A stretch of DNA of 64,000 nt from Botryllus schlosseri (taxonomy: Eukaryota), in NCBI GenBank assembly GCA_051294905.1, contig CM119371.1:7628001-7692000 (forward strand), read 5' to 3'. Every line of letters begins with the position of its first letter. Within the stretch, counting starts at the first letter, position 1. The translations under genes were made by a program, and so were the position numbers. The notes under the pieces are model-generated. The model was not told where the DNA came from and did not search any database. It saw only the letters and a program-made list of their open reading frames with translations. Positions 38,872 through 51,057 of the stretch are shown in pieces.

Positions 38872-39375
38872 AGTAGAGCTAGCGGCACTTTATTTTAATG
38901 AGGACGTGTTAAGGAAGCATCGGGTAAGTTCAGATGTAACACCTCTTTATTTGGTGAAATATTACGAGTACAAGAAGGGATGCTCAGTTCAGAAAGTTCT
39001 TCAGGATGCCACGTCAGCGAAAACTATATTGCCATGTGTATTACTCCCATAGTCATTAAATGCGCTATTGATTTCTATATTTAGACTACTGTGAGAAACT
39101 GATTGCCAAAGTCAAGCGACGTGTCAGGTTTGGATTGTCTTTGGAGAGGACACTAATACCTCCACCTCTTTTATCACTGTCAGAAAAAGCAGAGAGAAGT
39201 GATGCAATCAGATCTCACAGGCGAAACAGATACCACCGCAATTGAAATTTGGACCCTTTTCTTTTCTCTTCAATTCATGCTATTTGTAAATGTACATTGT
39301 GGTACTGGTACATTGTGGTTCTGGTACATTGCATGGTACATTGTACCACTGGACAAAGGCAAAAGAGTTGTGTAC

Positions 39376-40316
39376 CAGGGATGGTGTGAACCTCCGAAAG
39401 GTTCAGGTTCGTGTGAACGCGAACCTTTTTGAAAGGTCATATTGTCATATTGCTGATTCCAGCCCTACATTTCAGTGAAGTGATAGCTTATATTATTGAC
39501 CACATAATGCCCCAATGCTGAAGTACGTATTGACGTTTCAAACGACGCCAAATGGGGCAATCTAATGATATAATAGTCCCATAAAATTCATATCTTTCGT
39601 CGCTTTGCCAACAATTTCGACGAGGAGTTGCAAGGAAATATACGCCTCAACGGTCTAGGCAAGACCATACAATGTATTCGGCGTTTGAGTATTGCTATTG
39701 CTTGATATTGAGCGGAGTGCATAACGGGTTTTTGTGCTTGCTACCGATATTACCCCATCAAAAATTTATACAGCAGTAGCCAACACCCCAATCGCACGGA
39801 TTTTTTTTATGATACAATAAACATATGAAATCAAGATTGACCCGATACGCCTGCTAGGTTTTTACATTAGACAACGACATCAATTTCGTTGGTTGGTTGA
39901 ATAAGCATTATTCGCCAACTACTTTTGCATGCTACATGTAGTGTATTTCACTCTTGATGTTGTGTGATTGCGGGTCAAACTCACAGCAGAGAGTCACTAA
40001 ATAATCACAAACGGAAAGCTGAATATTTCGAGCAAACTTCTGTAACAAAGCAAGTAAAATATTTGAGATTGGCGGGTGCATGTCCGTTTGGTGAGGTTCA
40101 TTTTTATGCTGCCAGCGCAATGCATAGAATGGAATGGTGCGAAGTTGAAATGCAAAGACTTTCAACGACAGATGTTATGATGACGTGAAAATGGTGATCT
40201 ATGAAAAAGGTTCACAGTGCAGAACCTACCAAGGTTCGTTTGTGTACGTGAACCTCCAAATTCCTAAGGTTCAGGCACAGAACGCGAACGTGAACCTCAC
40301 GTTCACACCATCCCTA
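39376..40316. mobile_element. hAT-type non-autonomous element
   Basis: TIR CAGGGATGGTGTGAAC/GTTCACACCATCCCTA, perfect TSD TTGTGTAC. Confidence 0.88.
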
Positions 40317-41167
40317 TTGTGTACTGTACTAATACCGATAATATTTACTAACAACAGTAAATGTTGAATACTACTATTATATCAACGGAGGTGGTCAGTG
40401 ATGAAGTAGCCTACTTCTACTTTTTGAAGTACTTCATGTGAATTTTGCCTACTTGAACTACTTATTCAAGTGCTTATGCATTCATACAACTTATACTTGA
40501 GAGTTTATGAGGTCAAACTAGGCCTAAACCTACTACCCATCGGCGTTGCAGCCGTGGATTTCAGCACTGCGCTATCTCGCCACTGGTGTCGTAGTGTTGT
40601 AATTTCTTAAGCGCCCTTTTTCTCTCATGAAAAATAGGTCCCGTCAAAATTGGACTATTTGAAGTTAGTGCGGTGAAATGTACCAACAGAAATTATATAA
40701 TGATGGTACAAAATTACACCGATGATGACGTCAAACTGATTCCGTATGATATTCAGTACTATCATAAGAAATTTGGATGTAAATTATTTGTTTACTCCAA
40801 ATTGTCGTATTAGAAAATAGGCAATAGGTCGTTCATGAGGTGTCATTACTTTCCTCAAATTTTGCTATCAAGAATTCTTGATGCAATACACAATGTCGCG
40901 TGGAAGTCCTCAGCCTATTCTAACATTCTAAAACACAAACGCATGTGTTGTGTAAAATTGGCAATTTTAATACTAGCAACGGGTTTCTTGATTCAACAGT
41001 ATATGAAGAATGGTCTAGCTAGAGCAGTGGTTCCCAACCTTTTCATCCTAATTCCCCACTTCCGATTTATTCCGAGCCTTCATTCCTCACCTAAAATCTC
41101 TATATCCATATCTACCTCTAAAGTGCTACCTCCAATAAAATTTTGCAAGACTTTGCTTAGTTAAGAT

Positions 41168-43190
41168 CAGGGCTGTGGAGTCGGTAAATTTTACTACCGG
41201 CTCCGACTCCGACTCCACACATTTTCAATATACCGACTCCGACTCCGACTCCTGAGTCTATAAACGTACCGACTCCGACTCCTGGGTCTTTAAACGTACC
41301 GACTCCGACTCCGACTCCCGACTCCGACTCCAGTATTATTACCTATTTACTTCGAAAATTATCTGTCACATTGTCGGTTGAATGACTATCATACAACCAT
41401 TAAACATAAGCAAACATATGATTAACGGTGGCATGCTAAATTGTTTCATTGTGGCACAGCTAGAATTATCCACTATGCAATTAACATGAAAGAAAGATTT
41501 GCTAAATATCCTTCCTTTTTCAAGTTTTTATAACATGGACTCTCTAATATCATGTATGAATCATTCAAATATGGCCGATATCCAATCCTGTACAATAAAA
41601 ATGTAGATAAAAATCGAAGTGTAGCTCTTATGTATGAGTCAACAACTAATAAAAAGATTGAACCTACTAATTTTGTCATTACTACTAATAGACATTGGTC
41701 ATAAATGGAATTTAGTTAAGTAGTCAAAGACCATAGCCTATGTCTAGTCTACATGTACTTAATCAAGTATTCAAGGATTGGGACTTGCAGTCTTTCTTAA
41801 TCATTTGTTCGGCCCAAACAGCTAAGCTACACTGCAAATATTCTTAATTTCTTCAAGTGGGAATCATCGTTTGGTCATATTTACATCATTTTTACAATTT
41901 TACAAAACCAGCCGATGCATTTGCTCTCTGTCACAGTATCATGGTATAATTCCAAAAATTGCATCAATTTTGACTGCATCGCGAAAACGCATATTGCGAT
42001 TTTTTCCCCTGTGCAACTGAGTTGTAATTCGCAAGAAATGTCTAATTTTATCTATATCAGGGGTGGGCAAACAAGACTTACATTAATACGCTCTAAAATT
42101 GATAACAATATGTCATGCAACTGAGCAGTGCATAACCAGGCAAGATAATGACTGCATTATATCAATAAATATGTTGCTAACATACATTGGGGTCCCATCT
42201 GTATACATTATACAACTGGGCTCATTTGGCAAGGACAGGATTATTCGACGTTTAGACATAGCAAAATCGACGTCATCCGCGTCAGTGGTGTCTTACAAAA
42301 GCCTAGAGGTGGGCCGTGCTATAAGTCGGCAGTTTCGGAAAATAAGAAGAATATCGGCCTGGTGTAAATGACCATAGTACTCGACAAGCACCATGAATTC
42401 CCCAAAAACAAAATAGCTAAATCGACGGTATGAGTGAACATGCCTCTATCGTTTTGTACAAATGTTTTGTCGACGATCTCGCTGAGAGTGCACAAGCGAA
42501 GCCGTTTGTTCGATGACACGTTATCTCCTAATTGCAAATATAGTTAGACTCAATTCTGTGAATAATATGTATTTATAATTTTCAGAAGGAGGCTCAAATA
42601 CTGTATGCAAGAAATCTAGTGACAATGAATCATGCGAAGTACCGTGAGAAATTTCAAATCAAATAAATCTGCTATGAAATATTCTACTTTATGGTCATAT
42701 ACGAAGATCTGGGATAAATGTGGCTGGCCCCTGGATACGTCAATCCGTCAGAACTGTTGTTTTAGTCATCATCAAATTTCGCGGTCATGCTAATCTAATT
42801 TTGGTTGGCCTTGTAATTTTACCTGATGTCATTAATAATTTCGAGAATTACCTCGCAGGCCACACCTAATTTTCTCGTGTGCCAAATTATGGGCCTGCGT
42901 GCCGCGGGCTGGCCGCACCTGATCCGTATGGTTAATAATAACAGTGATTGGTGATACATAAAAATTCCAGTGAAAATTCTCTGAAAGCAAATGTTTTCAT
43001 GATAGAGAAGTTGGAGTCGGAGTCGGAGTCGAAGTCAGGGTAATTCTCACCAACTCCGACTCCGACTCCAGTCAGTATTTTCCCCACGACTCCGACTCCA
43101 GCTATTATAGTTTTCACGACTCCGACTCCATCAAGCGAAAATTACCCAGACTCCGACTCCACCGACTCCGACTCCGACTCCACAGCCCTG
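41168..43190. mobile_element. 2.0-kb hAT-type non-autonomous element with (GACTCC)n subterminal arrays
   Basis: TIR CAGGGCTGTGGAGTCGG/CCGACTCCACAGCCCTG, perfect TSD GTTAAGAT. Confidence 0.92.
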
Positions 43191-44015
43191 GTTAAGATCC
43201 CAGGAATTGATCAGCACACAGTAAAATAAGGCAGCGGTGAACTGGTAACCGTAAACGCACCTCCGTAAATATATGTATCCACCCCGGTGCGCAGCCAACA
43301 GAAAAATAGGAGGGGTTGGAAAATTTTCCAACTGTTGCGGGGTAGCATCACTTTGCACACGTAAATGCCGAATAATACATGAGTCAGATAAACTTCCTGA
43401 TGTTGAGAAACTCATGAGTGCGATATATATATAAGCCGCCATAAACTACACTTTCGCACAATACTAAAAGAATTTGAAATAACATAAATATGTAATTTCA
43501 TATGTAACGAGTCCGGATGTGGTATAAATTAGCGAGTCCACGATCTCCATTGAATACATGTTCAGCAATATGAGCTCTTATTACAACGAATCAGATTTTT
43601 TTTATCACTACATTTCGTGACCGATGATGGTGTACAAATGAATAAAGACATTTATGGAGATCGCGTTTAGCTATCCGGGCGATTCTCGCTAATTAGAGGC
43701 ACTGATGATATGAATCGCTGAGTTGCAAATGAGCTATGAAATATTCGGTCGGCATTTCAAAACGACATTTACTAAAGGAGAATATGACTGTAAAGATTTT
43801 TTCAAAAGTGAGTCCATTCCCCACCAGAAATACCGAAATTCTCTACCAGAGCGGAATTCCCCGCCGATTGGGAACTAATGGTCTAGAGAGCCCGAGATGC
43901 CCCTTTACCTCTTTGTTTTATGACCGCAGACAAATAGAAACTGCTTTGGATGCGAAAGAATGAAATACCTATTGACTGCAAAGCGTTGAATAAATTATTT
44001 AGTGTCGCAACATAC

Positions 44016-44100
44016 CGTGTTCTTTGGTGTCCTCGCATTTCCCGGCAAGAAACATCAGCGCAGCCAGAAGACCGACTATTGTCGACGTCCTGGCTTCCAT
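44016..44100 (-). CDS. itln: Intelectin B, coding exon 1 (signal peptide)
   Basis: MEARTSTIVGLLAALMFLAGKCEDTKEH+G then gtatgt; phase 1 joins exon 2. The five exons total 939 nt (312 aa plus stop). Confidence 0.85.
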
Positions 44101-47100
44101 AATTAGCGAAATAATTTCCTTTTATACTAATTATCTGCAATATATGTGTGATACAATTTCAGGGACATATCGGATAGTCGGCGGACCGGATATGGGAAAA
44201 TAAGTACTTGGTGGGCCGGATTTTTGAGTCGATACATTAATTGCGAATTTATCCACCTTGACAAGGAATAAATCGTGTTTAATGCAAACTTCGTGTTTAA
44301 AGCATAGAGACCAAAAACACTATTCAACGAATTTATTCCGTAATGGACTTTAATAGTTGTTGAGGTCGATGGGACATTTGTGGTCGATCAACGCTTTCAA
44401 GTTCTTTCAACTCTGACTGCATCTCGGACGTAGAACCCCTCAGAAAACACTACACGAAAACATCGGCTAGATTGGAACGCAGCTTTGTCGTTGTCTAGTG
44501 TTCATGGTTGAAAGAGTTTTCTCGAAGATGTATGTGGATCCGAGGGTCACATCATCATGTAAGACCGGAAAGTGTCTGCGGGCCGCTTAAAATCCCGTCG
44601 CAGGCCGTATGTTGCCAGCCTTGGGATTACATCGTGTAGGCGTTATTCCATATCAATATCTATCAACAGCAACGCCTGACATACATGCTAACGCTGATCG
44701 ACTTAGCGACCGGAGACCTATCAGAACCACGTATTTAGAGTAATTGTGAATATTGGTCATACGTTTAATAGACAGTGGGAATGTTTGCTAAACAAGCTTC
44801 GTTTACGAACTTAGTTAAGGCTAAAATGAAAGTTAACGCTTTTCACGTCACTATAGACTAGTGCCGGCTAGATCTACTACCGACACTACCGCGTTATTCA
44901 CAAACGAAGCATCCCCGACAACGGTTTGGTCATTTATCGGGGTAAATGAAATGTTTGTTTATCGACATCGTTGATAAGTTTATTGACTTCTCTGTAGACC
45001 TCTTCTTCATACAGCATTATCAAAGTATGGTTGATGAGGACAAACACTTTTTGAAAGCTACATTAGCGGCTATACAGTTACCTATGGATTACCCCAGTCA
45101 ACAAAATGGGAAGCGATCGCCCGGCGTATTTTGGGCATTCGATGTCAAACTGATGCTTCAAAAGATACACTTTTCGCACTTCAGCTTCATACTCATTAAC
45201 CCTTTAGTTGCCTTTCATTAACCCTATCGCTACTGCAGCTTACAACCGCTAGTAACCCTATATCGCTACCTGAATCATTGTTGCTTTCTGGCAGATATCT
45301 TAACCCTATGTTGCAAGACATCACAATTTGACAATATTTTTCCATTATCGTGTTAGTTATAATAAGATCAACCACGAGCATACATTCAAAATACCGGTCA
45401 AATACAAACAGACAGTCAAATAAAATGCATAAAACGACACATTGATTTCAGTCGAGATACGGAGATATGTTCTTTCCGGAACAGGTTTGATACAACTATT
45501 CCTGTTCTTGAATTGAAATGCAGACAAAATCTGGTTTATCGAATAAGTCTGTGCCTTGGCGCGAAGTATAGGGTCAAGGCAACGCGGTGCTACCATCACC
45601 AGCCAGCTCACTGTGTGGGACGCTAACTTCTTTCAGAGCCCAACTGTGAATGACAAAACCCACGTTTAGACTTGGCTTGGCCTCTGATATCTGGGTAATT
45701 CCACTGGTCTTATATTCATCGATGTACAGAAAGCGAGATATCATTAGTAGTGATAATCGGCTGATCAAGGACATTGTCGCTGCTGGCTGAACCAATTCTT
45801 AGAGAACGATATTTTATGAACTGTTGCCTTCGCCAACGCTGCATTTCTTTCAATTCACCATCAGACGTATACAGATATTTGTGCATATCGCAGTCACTTC
45901 ATGGCTTCAGTCTCCATCGTAAAATAAAGGCTAAATATAGCAATAAAATAACTCGTAGATTACCTGAAATGAGTGTCACAAATTTTAATCAGAAATTATT
46001 ACAAGATATAGTATTTGGCTGAACAGTTGAAATGGCAACCGTTGTAACGATTGTAAATTCAGTCACGGATAATGCAGACAGAGAAAAAAGATGGTTGAGT
46101 ATATCGCATGTTTCGTTAATATACCTAGCCTACATTAATGAATGCACTAACAAATGATGTCAAAGCCATAATCACAACACGTCAAGATTCAGCGCGCGGT
46201 AACGATACTCTTCCGCGGTTTAGCATTAAAATGTGTATCAACAAGCCCGTAGTACGCAAACGGTCAGGGCACTTGACACGTATCACGCTGTTCACTGCCG
46301 CCAACCTGACACTTCAGGCTACGGAAAAGTCAAAGTCAGCATTTATATCAAGTCCTATTTTACAAGCCTAACACAAACAAGCAATTAATATGACTGATCT
46401 ACTATTCGAAACATCATGTGACTACCAATACACATCTAAGCAAGCATGTAAAAAAACTCAAAAATAACCCGAACAATCTCTTGCCCCAATTATCTCAACA
46501 AAGAACTTCATTCATATTCCCCTCCATCGCTACAGTCTCCGAAATACATTTCGCCGGTACGGACGATAATTCAAACTTTAAGTGTGCAGCGGTAAACAAC
46601 ATCCGACGACTTATGACATCACAATCGCTCCACGCTCAAGTGCTCACGAACCTGGAAAAGCCAGGCAGAAGAAACGTCACGGTGAAGCCGCGTGATAATC
46701 AAGCACAATTTGATTGGTTATTACGCTGACACCAATCTCGCTGGCCGACCGAGGGAAAGGAGAACAATCGATCTTCTGAATTAGAGAGCGATCAGTTTTT
46801 GTACATCATAGGCGCCGCCTCGCTGTAGTGTCAAAACGGTTGCGTTCACTTCTCTCCTGCACTTTCTTCGCCTGTTTCGGCATTGAATGTACACACTTTT
46901 GTTGACTGGTCATTGTCCTAGCAGTAAAATCCGGAATGGATAACGAATTACCAATTGCCAATTTCCATGAAAAGGAGGACAAATCCTCCTAAAGGAGGAC
47001 GTATGGTAATGCTACCTCACTTCATCTCATGCCTGACCGTTTAGAGCAGCATGGAGACGGGATGCGTTCATAAACCTCTAACACTTGACAAGAGACTGTA

Positions 47101-47224
47101 GAGTCGGTCTGTCTCGGGTTCACACACCTCATGCTTAACGATTGTTTTTCACATAGCACGAATCAGATGCGCAGCGATGGATCCATAAAGAAAAACGAAA
47201 CTTAAATGCGCTTTTCATTTTCAG

Positions 47225-47447
47225 GGCGCTCATGAAATACTACACAAACAACGGATTCCTACCAACCTTCGGTGGCAATCTTGCAACTTAGTACTCTGAT
47301 CATTACCAAATAAGACACGGGCAATATGTGAAAAACGTTGACAACGGTCCAGCTATACCAGTGGTGTGGGCAAAAGGAAACTCGGACTATTATTTGAGTA
47401 TGCTGGGTCCGAGATCAAGAGCTGAAGTTGATGGCGGATATGTGCAA
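47225..47447 (+). pseudogene. Orphan intelectin exon-4 copy (C) with nonsense mutation
   Basis: Near-identical to 22252-22474 but TTG->TAG at 47289-47291; no neighbouring exon 3 or 5 copy seen. Confidence 0.88.
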
Positions 47448-49116
47448 GTAAATTAGTTCCATCCTGAGTCTTCTAACCAGTGGGAGCTTTCTCTATTTGC
47501 ACCTGCATTCAGTCGACTATTCAGTGTTCATGCATAGCATCAATTTGTCCATTCATTTGTCAACGTAATCAAGAAAGACGACACGGGGATTATAGATGAT
47601 TTGACAACTGACGAAAGTAAGTTCAAATTGTGTCAGAATGGTTATAAGTAGGCTATAGGGCGATTTTTTGGTCATATCAAAATAAGTCAAAATTGTCGCG
47701 GTAAGTCACAAAATTGTTTATAGTAAGGGAAACTTATGAAAATCTGTGAACTATATTGTTACCAAACAATTTCTTCACCAATATGTTTGTTAAGGTGTGT
47801 AATAACATGTGTTAAAATGTTGAAGTTCAACTCTTGTGTGAACCCCCCCCCCCAAAAAAAAGCTGTTAAATTTGACGAATTAAAAAAAAAATTAAAAAAA
47901 ATTAAAAAATCTTTATCGCCCATAAGTAACTTAGGACGTGTTTAATAATGGTTTTCCGTGATTCTCAATTGATTGTTAACACTTATAATTCACTACAGGC
48001 TCTGCTTTGTGAATTTGACGAATTAAAAAATAAATAAATAAATAAATAAAAAATCTTTATCGCCGATAAGTAACTTAGGACGTGTTTAATAATGGTTTTC
48101 CATGATTCTCAATTGGTTGTTAACCCTTATAATTCACTACAGGCTCTGCTTTGTGAAAAACGCCACACCCACTTTTATATTCATGCACAAAATCGTCTTT
48201 ATTTTGCATAGCTATGTTCATTGTTCAGTGAAGAGGTAGCCTATTTCACATGCACAATATCAGACATTTCAACAGCCATTGCCTATACCTTCTTCGGACT
48301 CAACATCATCGTAACTGCAATTATTGCATTATAGGGTCTTTACATACTCCACAGGCTGAAATGCACGTGCTGACCTCATTCTTCTTGCAGCTGTATATTC
48401 GGTTGTTTCAATCTTTGCAATCAGGCTCATATCTATGCACGCCTATTGTCCATCCGTAATCGCTGGGGTTCGGAGACAAGTTCTGTAAATGAATCAAATC
48501 CCGGGTCTGCAGGTACTCGCTGAGTGAACGTTATGAAGCTGCACCCTCTGTTAGAGGTTTTTTTCTGGTTTTATCACTCCTGTCGCTGTCTTCCTTGAGA
48601 ACATGTTGTATGTTTTGGTGAACTGCTCTAACCATCAAAGACCACAATGACATTCTGAAAGCAACGGCCCAGATACCAGAACATGTTGCATGTTTTGGTG
48701 AACTGCTCTAACCATCAAAGACCACAATGACATTCTGAAAGCAACGGCCCAGATACTGCACGTAGCTTGGGTAATTGTTGGTAATTACCTGTCTGACGTT
48801 GACCCCACTTCACCATGTACAGAAGCCATCCATCATCAATTATGAGGGTCCAGCATGGTTGATTAGTCAAATCAAGTGGTTCAGGGCCTACAAGGTTGTA
48901 TTCGAACATTTTGCCTTGGTAGCCTTGTTCATCTTCTGATTTTTGTTGCTGAACAGGGACAGCGGGAAAGGAGTGAACTCATACTGTAAGCTTGTCGCAA
49001 CATCCATATCCCGCAGGGTGAACATGATCAGTCGGTTGAACAACTTCAATGAGTCAATGTGAATGTTTTACTCCTAAACCTTAGGACATTTTCTTTGCGA
49101 TGGCAGCGCTTTTACC

Positions 49117-49659
49117 CAGGGTTGTAACCAACTCATAAGGCTCCGAGTCACAAGTCAATCTCAATTTTATAGTTTTGACTCGAGTCAAGTCGATTCATTT
49201 TCAATTCACCACCGAGTCAAGTCCGAGTCCAAGTCAGCGAGCAGAGGGTTGAGTCCGAGTCATGGTATTATGGCTCGAGTCCGAGTCCAAGTCATTGTGT
49301 TGATAATGCTAAGTTTCCAGTTAAATCCATGTTAAATCCCTTTTTTTATAACTCTGTTTGGTGATATCGAATGGTTCGCATTTCTAATATACTAGTTTTC
49401 CTCACTTTTAGCAGTTTCTGGTCGCATTTTCAAGTATAAGTACTATTAGACGAAATCCCAATAGTTTGGTTACTTTACTTTTCTTCGAAATTACCATAAA
49501 ATATTGGTCTTGGCCGTCTGAGTCTCGAGTCATATGACTTGGTTCGAGTCATGCGCAATGACTCGAGAAGTCGAGTCAATTCACAGATACGTACTTTTAG
49601 AAAATGACTCGAATCAAGTGGAGTCATAAAGAATCGTGACTCTAGTGAATAAAACCCTG
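49117..49659. mobile_element. MITE nested in the Academ-like element (family of 19594-20194)
   Basis: Same TIRs; TSD cttttacc/ctttcacc. Confidence 0.85.
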
Positions 49660-50397
49660 CTTTCACCTTTGGCATGACGACCAAGGTCGGCGTCACTGAC
49701 TTTTCATCCAGGTTGATCTGCATGGCCAATGGCCATCCTATTCATTCTCAAACTGGGGGTGGGGGTCGTGGAAGCATCTGAGGGGAGGCGCGAAGCCACC
49801 TGAGGGAAATGATTTTCGTGAACTCGGGATGAGATAAATTTGTGCTAAAACTTCCAGTTTCAACAATGGAAATAATCCTAATTAGGCCTTTCGATTTGAA
49901 ATGTCATAATTCCGCCGTACCATCCACACACTGATGCTAGACTTTGAGTGATACCGGACCTTGCACTAATCAGAAGATGTCCCTGAATGAATTGTAACTG
50001 GTAAATGCGTGTAGCTGCCATTGGTTTTTGATTTACGTTGTGGTCAGGTCCGTTCGAGCTAAGATCAAGTGGGGTAATAGAAGGGGTTAGGCACCAAAAT
50101 CGCTAAAATATCTATGTGCTACATGTTATCATTGCACATGGTTATGTTATTATTCAACTGCAACTACATATTTGAGAAGTGTCTCAACAGCCATAATACC
50201 TCCCGTGCCACCAAACAATGCATTGGGGTTGCAAACATTGGTTGCTCTTTTTAATACTTTTCGATTTGACGATAAGAGGGGGCGAAATTTTTTATCAAGG
50301 GGCGTGCCGAAAAAAGTTTGAGAACCGCTGATGATGGCCTGCAGGTGTGAAGCATCTCGGTAACAATGCAGGACAGATTCCCATTGTAGTCTGCGAG

Positions 50398-51057
50398 TCA
50401 CTCGGTTCTGATAAAGACATTGGACATATCTACTATGTATTGGTACTCTACCCAGAGTGCAGGTGTTCTTCCTCTTTTTGCGAGTACTCGCAATACTGGG
50501 TCACAGTGTCTGGATCCCATTTCCCCACCAGCCACCTTTTCCATGAAGGACTTCATGTCACCACGCTTATCTTCAGTTAAGGCAATTTCCATGGTATGTT
50601 GATAGATAGCTGCATCGACGAGGATGTGAGAAGGGATTGCCTTGTCAAAACATCCTCCAGTCATGATGTGGATGGTTGTTGTGCTTCCAGCATAGATCAA
50701 TTGGATCACATCTACTGGCCCAGAATATTCCATGTTGTCACCAACTGGTTCAAGATAAGATTTCAATAAGTGAAAACCACTCAACCTTGGAATGACTGGT
50801 AAATTTGTCTGCTTCATTATATACATAGCCTTCAGTCGAATCGGAAGATCGACGGTCACTATAGCTACCCCAACGCGCTGTGTGCACTCTTTAAGACTGG
50901 CGAAGAAGGTTTTGAGGTCATCAGGGTCTCCTTCAATAACTGGAAAGAACTCGATCTGTGCGCGCTGTTTTGCATCATTACCATTGATTCTCTTCATCCA
51001 GCCATTCCAGTTGGAATGTTGAAACTGAGGATCGTTGGCTTTATTAACCCACACCAC
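50398..51057 (-). pseudogene. Transposase fragment of the Academ-like element
   Basis: 219-aa ORF with VTVDLP..KA..RLSGFHLL..L..VG..M..SG pattern; flanking parts are frameshifted or deleted. Confidence 0.7.

Noticed and set aside
42932..43442. Gly-Val repeat ORFs
   Set aside because: Translations of (GGAGTC)n in a transposon end.
44946..45800. Coding-looking stretches upstream of gene B
   Set aside because: No recognisable motif or consistent exon structure.
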